Positions 58,673 through 64,000 of a DNA stretch of 64,000 nucleotides are shown here, in pieces. The stretch is from Mytilus trossulus. Taxonomy: Eukaryota. Made by a program: the position numbers and the translations under genes. The notes beneath the pieces were generated by a model. It worked only from the letters and a program-made list of their open reading frames with translations. It made no database searches and was not told where the DNA came from. Each line of letters begins with the position of its first letter. The stretch's first letter is position 1. Location of the stretch: assembly GCF_036588685.1 (NCBI RefSeq), contig NC_086386.1, forward strand, positions 48,484,001-48,548,000, in the 5' to 3' direction.

Positions 58673-58717
58673 ACTTAAACCTTTAAATACTGAGATTATT
58701 TTGACAAATTAAAAAAT

Positions 58718-61700
58718 ATGTCTAAAAAGACCAACTGTTTTAAGGTACATCCTGAAAGAGAGCCTGGACCTTGCATTCACTGTGAACGTCACAATGATAG
58801 GTATATTCATCTTATCCAGAAAAAAACTGATAATTATGATTTTTTTCAGTTTATTGTTCAAATGTATAATTATTCTGAAAGTGCTTGTATTTGCAGAACA
58901 TGCGAAATGAAATTTAAACGTGCATTTGCAAAAGTTACTGAGGAAAATGAAATTGGAGTTTCATCATCAAAAAAACCTTGTTCAAATGTAGATGGAGCAA
59001 ATGAAAGTAAAAGTACATGTTTTCTCCATAATTTTAATTTATGCTCAGAAAAAGGTGATCACTTAACATCTATTGATCCAAATTTACTAGAAAGAAAATT
59101 TGATATAAACTTTTTAGATAAATTTTCAGACAAATGTAATGTAAATGGTATTTTATGTCATATTCATTATAATGCTTTAAGTAATTTTAAAAGAGAAATA
59201 TCTCAGCATGTTGAGTGTGTCATATGTGAAAAGTCCTCCAGTAAGAGGTTTATTTCTATAGTTAAAGAGAATGTTGATATTTTCACAAAATATTTAACAT
59301 TAGAATTACAACATGACACTGATGTAGATACTAAAGAAAAAATATTTTGCTGTTCACTATGTTACAAAAATTTCAATGCATTTTGTAGGTCTGATGCTGG
59401 GGAAGATTTGAAATATCAAACTTCCCAATATATGTGTGAACAAGTTCAAAAATTTAAGTTTGACGAGTCTGTTAGCCAAGAAAATATTGATCTTTATACT
59501 TTTGAGCAAATTAAAGATATTGTTTTAGAATCCTTTTTGAAGGAAGAATCTTTGTTGCTTCCAAATATATATGAAAAGTTCAAACAGTATTTATATATTA
59601 ATATAGCAAAATTTGAATATGTTATATCTGAAACTGATCTAAAAAAATTACAGCACAGCAATAAATGGATTTTTAAAATGTTGAAAATTAGATTCAGTAA
59701 GTGTTTGCAGGTTTTTGTGCCTAAAAGAAAACAGGATGGACGTTTAATATATAGAACCGGGATAAATTTTATAAACTGTTTACATAGTCTTACTGTTAAA
59801 AATAACCAGCTTACATCTGAGAAAAATGATATCAGTGAACAGTTGATAGAAAAAAATTCTACCATTATAGCTATGAAAAATAAAATTACACCAAAACATG
59901 AAATTTTGAGTGAAGCACTACAAATATTGAGGTCTTTTGTTAAATCATATACCACAGGTAAGACTGCAAACTCATGTTTGCCTGATATACATGCTTTTGA
60001 TGCTAAGCATGAAATAAATCAGATTCCCCCAGTTCTGTGGAACTTTTTATATAGGTTGAGTGCAACTGACAAAGAGGACAAAGAATTTGTAAAAACTGTT
60101 GCATCATGGGATCATCATTATATTGAGACCCCATTTAATGTAAATAGAGCATTTCCAAGATTGTATATGTGTAGCTGTATATTTAATTGTCAAAATGCTC
60201 AGTGTGTACAACCTTTACATCTTCTAGTGACTGATATTTGTGACAAGTTCTCTAATGCCTCGTCTACATTTCTATCAATAAATGCTAGACTAGGTCTTGG
60301 AGTGTCAAAAGATTCCTTAAGAAGGTACATTACCAACAGATGTAGGCAGTTAGAACAGCAGCAAAGGTTTCTTACTTCAAACAGTTTTGTTGTAGCTAGT
60401 TTTGATAACTTAGATAAAAATCAGTCTTATTCTGTTGTTGGTGTAGGTAAAGATAAGAGTGGTTTTCATGGAACAACCATACAGGCAGTAACTCCTTGTC
60501 CTTCTTTATTTACTAGTATCAGCAGTTCTGAGTCTTGTGGTACTGATTTAGATGATAGTGCTGTTCCTTTGCTTGTTAATGGTATTTCATCTGAAGCTAA
60601 TATTATTACTTCAGACATTAAAAGCAGTTCATGTGAGGTAGACTTAATTTCAAGTGCTGTTGCTATTGTTGATAAAGTTTCAACTTGCACAGCGTTATCT
60701 AGAGATCGTTCCCTAACATGCGACTTTATTCAGTCTATTGTAAATCCAGATGATAAAATTGGACCCTCCCGATCGGGCCAGGGGAATCAATTTGAAAACT
60801 TGACTGCTTCATTTTTGGATGTTACACCTAGAGAAGCTGCATCTTTTACTGAATTCACTGACTTGGTACATAGGTATGGGTTTACCAAATGTTTGTTACA
60901 TGACAAACAGATACAGATACCTGGAATTAAAACTTTTCTTTCCATTCCGTCAGAAAAAACTGAGAAGTCTGATTTTACTTCTGTTGCTGTTCTAGATGAT
61001 GCTGCCGACAAAAAGGAAACAGTTTTAAAGGTTCTTAACATTTTGCACGATAAATTTGAAATTGGTAAATCGTGCAAATATATTGTTGTAGTAGGGGATG
61101 GCAAAAGTTATGACCATTTGATTAAGTTAAAGAGTGAGTATGGTGCAAACTTGTCCTGGGTTCTTCCATACCCAGGGGATTGGCACATACTCAAAAATCT
61201 ATTGCCAATATTTATGAAGGTGTATTTGGATGCTGGTCTGAAACAACTTGCATCCAAATTACATCATGGCTCTACATACAGAATTTTAACTGATTGTACT
61301 AAATTTGCTGTTACCCATAGATTTTTATTACAAGTATGGGAAGCTATGTTGAGGTACCAGGTTAGTTCTTTTCTTTCAGTTTCAGATAAAATCATAGAAT
61401 GTAAAACCTCTTTTGAACACATAATAGAGGATATTTTTTCGTCTATGAATATAAATTCTGTTGATGAGAAAAATAATTGTGATATTGATTCTTTGTGGAT
61501 CCAAATATGTTCTCAGAAAATAGAGATTTTTTCTGCATTTTCAAATGATCTCCTATCAGAATTTACAAATTGGAGATATGACCAGAGTTCCAAAAGTGAC
61601 ACGTTCTCTTTTTGGGATTCTTTTATTCATACTGATTTTTTGAATTATCTTGGTTTTTATATGGCTATTAGAACCAGAAACTGGGAACTGAGAAATGCAT

Positions 61701-64000
61701 GCTTGAAACAATTGGCTTGCTTGTTTCATGCCTTTGACAAGCATAACTATTTAAGGATGATACCTTATCACCTTGCAGATTTACAAAACTTCCCGCCTGA
61801 TGTTTTGGACTTTTTTCAAAAAGGGTGTTTCTCAGTTTCCATTTCTGGGGAAAATTATTTCTCTGTAGCTCTTGATGAAGCTCATGAGATGCAAATTAAT
61901 TTGAAAACAAAGAATGCTTTAAATTCATTCAGCCAGTCTTCACTGGCAACATTAACCTATTATCTGCCATACAGAGCAGAAACACTTGATAATTTAAAAA
62001 CCCAATTAGGGTTTAACAGAGATTCTCCCCATCATACTGAAATGACTGTCCCATATGTACAATTACAAGAGAGAAATATAAATGAATACTTTTCTCAGTT
62101 GGAGCAGTCCACATTATTTATTTCAGATGATAAAAAAACTCTACACCACATTTTTTTGGACATTAATGCAACAGACGAACAGTCAGACAGCCTATTGAAT
62201 TACAGACGGTATGGACATGACGACCTTATAAATTATGTACAGTGTTTTTTGGTAGCTTCTTCTTCTAAAAAAGCCCCCCCAAGAAGAAGAAGAAACCTTA
62301 TTACATTTTCTGCTCCCAAGGTCACTGTTACTAAACAGAAGAAGGAAATAAAAGATCACAAGACAGTTATTTCCTGCCTGAGAAAAAAAATAGCTTTTTC
62401 CAAATTTTCGAACAAAGCTGTTTCAGATTTAGACCAGTTTCTGCAATTACCCAGGGCAATATGTGATGCAGATGGAATACCAGAAAAAGGTCAAAAATCT
62501 TGGGCTACTTCTGTATTTAAGAAGATGTATCCAGTATCCTTTATTTCAAGTTTACCCCCACCCCCACTTAATACTGATATAGCCTATGTAATAGATGGAA
62601 TGTTTATTATAAACACCATCCCCCTGTCTGTGCATAAAACATTTTTAGATTATGCACGGTTTCTGTTTGATAAGTGGGTTGTACGACCCCACTTTCAGTT
62701 TAAGGCAACTGAGGTTCATTTGGTATTTGATCACCCAAACAGACAGGGTACCAGTCCTAAAGACATTGAAAGATCCAGAAGAGATATATCTGATCAAACT
62801 GTTGAATTTGATCAATTATCTCCTGCTACTGATTTACCCTCTAACTGGAGATCCTTTCTGTCAGTCCGTAAACAGAAAAGGCTTCTAGTAAATTTTATTT
62901 CAGAGCACTTCCTTACATTTGCAAATCAGAAATTTTTAAATTCTGAATGCTCATTCATAACTGGTGGTGGATTTGATAACCAGTATAAAGATCAGGCTAG
63001 ACTTGCTATTTCTAATACATCAATAGAATACATGATAGCATCAGGTGACCATGAAGAGGCTGACACTAGAGTGTGGCTTCATGCAGTTAATTCCACTGCT
63101 CAAACAGTTATCATTTATAGTCCAGACACTGATGTTTATTTCATAGGTCTCTCTCTTGTAAAAAACAGTGATAAGTCACTGTATGTACAGTTAAAAGATT
63201 CCCCATATGAAAAACTTTTTATTAATATGAATGAATTTTCTGTAGCCTTACAGAATGATATTTGTTTTCAGGGTATTCAAGATATTGAGTCATGTATACA
63301 ATTGCTGTATATATACAGTGGTTGTGACTACGTCTCATATTTTAAAGGTTTTGGAAAGAAAACCTTTTTTGATGTATTTAGGAAGAATGCTACATTTATC
63401 ACTGGTACAGAAACTGCATGTTTGTTAGATTTTGATTCAGAAGGTGCACTGTTTGCATTTTATAGATTGATATCAGCAGTGTATTTTTCTAAATATTCCA
63501 CTGCATTTTTGCCACTGACTTCTGTGAAATCCTTATATGACAGTCTTCATGGTCAAAATATTCATGATAAACATGTATTATTAATATCTCAAATTAGGGA
63601 AAAAATGTGGGAAAGAGTCCTTTCAGAACAGGAAATCATGCCTAATTCTGAGGCATTGAAATTTCATTGGCTAAGATCAAGCTGGGTATTTCAGTTTTGG
63701 GCACAAGCTTCTGAAAATTTCCTTCAGCTCTCCCCTCTTTCAGATTTTGGATGGAAGGTAAGTAATAATTTACTTGAATGTATATGGGACACTGAAGGAA
63801 ATTTTCAGAAAGTAGAGCAGACAGTTCAGTGGTACACAAAGGGATGTTCTTGTAAGACAGGTTGTTCCACTAATCGCTGCAAATGCAGAAAATCTAAGTC
63901 TGATTCTAAGGATGGTTTTTGTGGTCCTGGATGTAAATGCATTAATTGTGTAAATCTGCCAGATAAGTCGGACACCTTAGATATTTCTCTCTCTGATATG
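58718..64000 (+). CDS. Academ-type transposase + XPG/FEN-like nuclease + CXC domain, at least 1761 aa, 3' incomplete
   Basis: One frame holds MSKKTNC..., SFDNLD (60398), VGDGKSY (~61090), PGDWH, DEAHE (61874), VIDGM, VHLVFD, HEEADTR (63050), SPDTDV, SGCDYVSYFKGFGK and CSCKTGCSTNRCKC...CGPGCKCINC. Frame spot-checked; the ORF track shows no stop-terminated piece in this frame. Confidence 0.88.
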   Translation, partial: MSKKTNCFKVHPEREPGPCIHCERHNDRYIHLIQKKTDNYDFFQFIVQMYNYSESACICRTCEMKFKRAFAKVTEENEIGVSSSKKPCSNVDGANESKSTCFLHNFNLCSEKGDHLTSIDPNLLERKFDINFLDKFSDKCNVNGILCHIHYNALSNFKREISQHVECVICEKSSSKRFISIVKENVDIFTKYLTLELQHDTDVDTKEKIFCCSLCYKNFNAFCRSDAGEDLKYQTSQYMCEQVQKFKFDESVSQENIDLYTFEQIKDIVLESFLKEESLLLPNIYEKFKQYLYINIAKFEYVISETDLKKLQHSNKWIFKMLKIRFSKCLQVFVPKRKQDGRLIYRTGINFINCLHSLTVKNNQLTSEKNDISEQLIEKNSTIIAMKNKITPKHEILSEALQILRSFVKSYTTGKTANSCLPDIHAFDAKHEINQIPPVLWNFLYRLSATDKEDKEFVKTVASWDHHYIETPFNVNRAFPRLYMCSCIFNCQNAQCVQPLHLLVTDICDKFSNASSTFLSINARLGLGVSKDSLRRYITNRCRQLEQQQRFLTSNSFVVASFDNLDKNQSYSVVGVGKDKSGFHGTTIQAVTPCPSLFTSISSSESCGTDLDDSAVPLLVNGISSEANIITSDIKSSSCEVDLISSAVAIVDKVSTCTALSRDRSLTCDFIQSIVNPDDKIGPSRSGQGNQFENLTASFLDVTPREAASFTEFTDLVHRYGFTKCLLHDKQIQIPGIKTFLSIPSEKTEKSDFTSVAVLDDAADKKETVLKVLNILHDKFEIGKSCKYIVVVGDGKSYDHLIKLKSEYGANLSWVLPYPGDWHILKNLLPIFMKVYLDAGLKQLASKLHHGSTYRILTDCTKFAVTHRFLLQVWEAMLRYQVSSFLSVSDKIIECKTSFEHIIEDIFSSMNINSVDEKNNCDIDSLWIQICSQKIEIFSAFSNDLLSEFTNWRYDQSSKSDTFSFWDSFIHTDFLNYLGFYMAIRTRNWELRNACLKQLACLFHAFDKHNYLRMIPYHLADLQNFPPDVLDFFQKGCFSVSISGENYFSVALDEAHEMQINLKTKNALNSFSQSSLATLTYYLPYRAETLDNLKTQLGFNRDSPHHTEMTVPYVQLQERNINEYFSQLEQSTLFISDDKKTLHHIFLDINATDEQSDSLLNYRRYGHDDLINYVQCFLVASSSKKAPPRRRRNLITFSAPKVTVTKQKKEIKDHKTVISCLRKKIAFSKFSNKAVSDLDQFLQLPRAICDADGIPEKGQKSWATSVFKKMYPVSFISSLPPPPLNTDIAYVIDGMFIINTIPLSVHKTFLDYARFLFDKWVVRPHFQFKATEVHLVFDHPNRQGTSPKDIERSRRDISDQTVEFDQLSPATDLPSNWRSFLSVRKQKRLLVNFISEHFLTFANQKFLNSECSFITGGGFDNQYKDQARLAISNTSIEYMIASGDHEEADTRVWLHAVNSTAQTVIIYSPDTDVYFIGLSLVKNSDKSLYVQLKDSPYEKLFINMNEFSVALQNDICFQGIQDIESCIQLLYIYSGCDYVSYFKGFGKKTFFDVFRKNATFITGTETACLLDFDSEGALFAFYRLISAVYFSKYSTAFLPLTSVKSLYDSLHGQNIHDKHVLLISQIREKMWERVLSEQEIMPNSEALKFHWLRSSWVFQFWAQASENFLQLSPLSDFGWKVSNNLLECIWDTEGNFQKVEQTVQWYTKGCSCKTGCSTNRCKCRKSKSDSKDGFCGPGCKCINCVNLPDKSDTLDISLSDM

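Larger units (their letters stand above)
57014..64000 (+). mobile_element. Academ (AcademX-type) DNA transposon; left end tentative, right end outside the window
   Basis: Domain content of the ORF below; candidate TAG terminus at 57014. Confidence 0.7.

Noticed and set aside
59494-63839. Minus-strand and off-frame ORFs over the transposase
   Set aside because: Shadow ORFs of the long + strand frame.

Overview
AT-rich eukaryotic genomic DNA, most likely a bivalve; the interspersed repeats resemble those I recall from Mytilus. The window is dominated by one large minus-strand gene whose 5' end was not found. It has 30 small phase-1 exons, each encoding one compact EGF-like module, strictly alternating between two types (A/B). 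These are followed by exons for VWD, C8, TIL, TILa/EGF and a 5-nt terminal coding exon, giving at least ~1470 aa with no transmembrane segment seen. Inside its introns, all on the opposite strand, are: (i) a full-length but lesion-riddled Bel/Pao LTR retrotransposon (10920-17077, GTATA TSD, tRNA-His PBS); (ii) a complete nested 4-coding-exon gene (46056-49638, 533 aa) joining a DZIP3-like HEPN domain with a variant active-site motif to a beta-propeller, a candidate RNase-effector/sensor immune gene; (iii) a retrozyme-type repeat carrying a decayed minimal hammerhead ribozyme. Many MITEs, hAT derivatives, SINEs and satellite-bearing Helentron-like elements also occur. The window starts in a ~1.75-kb-unit tandem array. 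It ends in an apparently uninterrupted ORF of at least 1761 codons (58718->64000, absent from the ORF track) with Academ-type transposase, XPG/FEN-like nuclease and CXC domains. All exon models were read by hand and have no transcript support.
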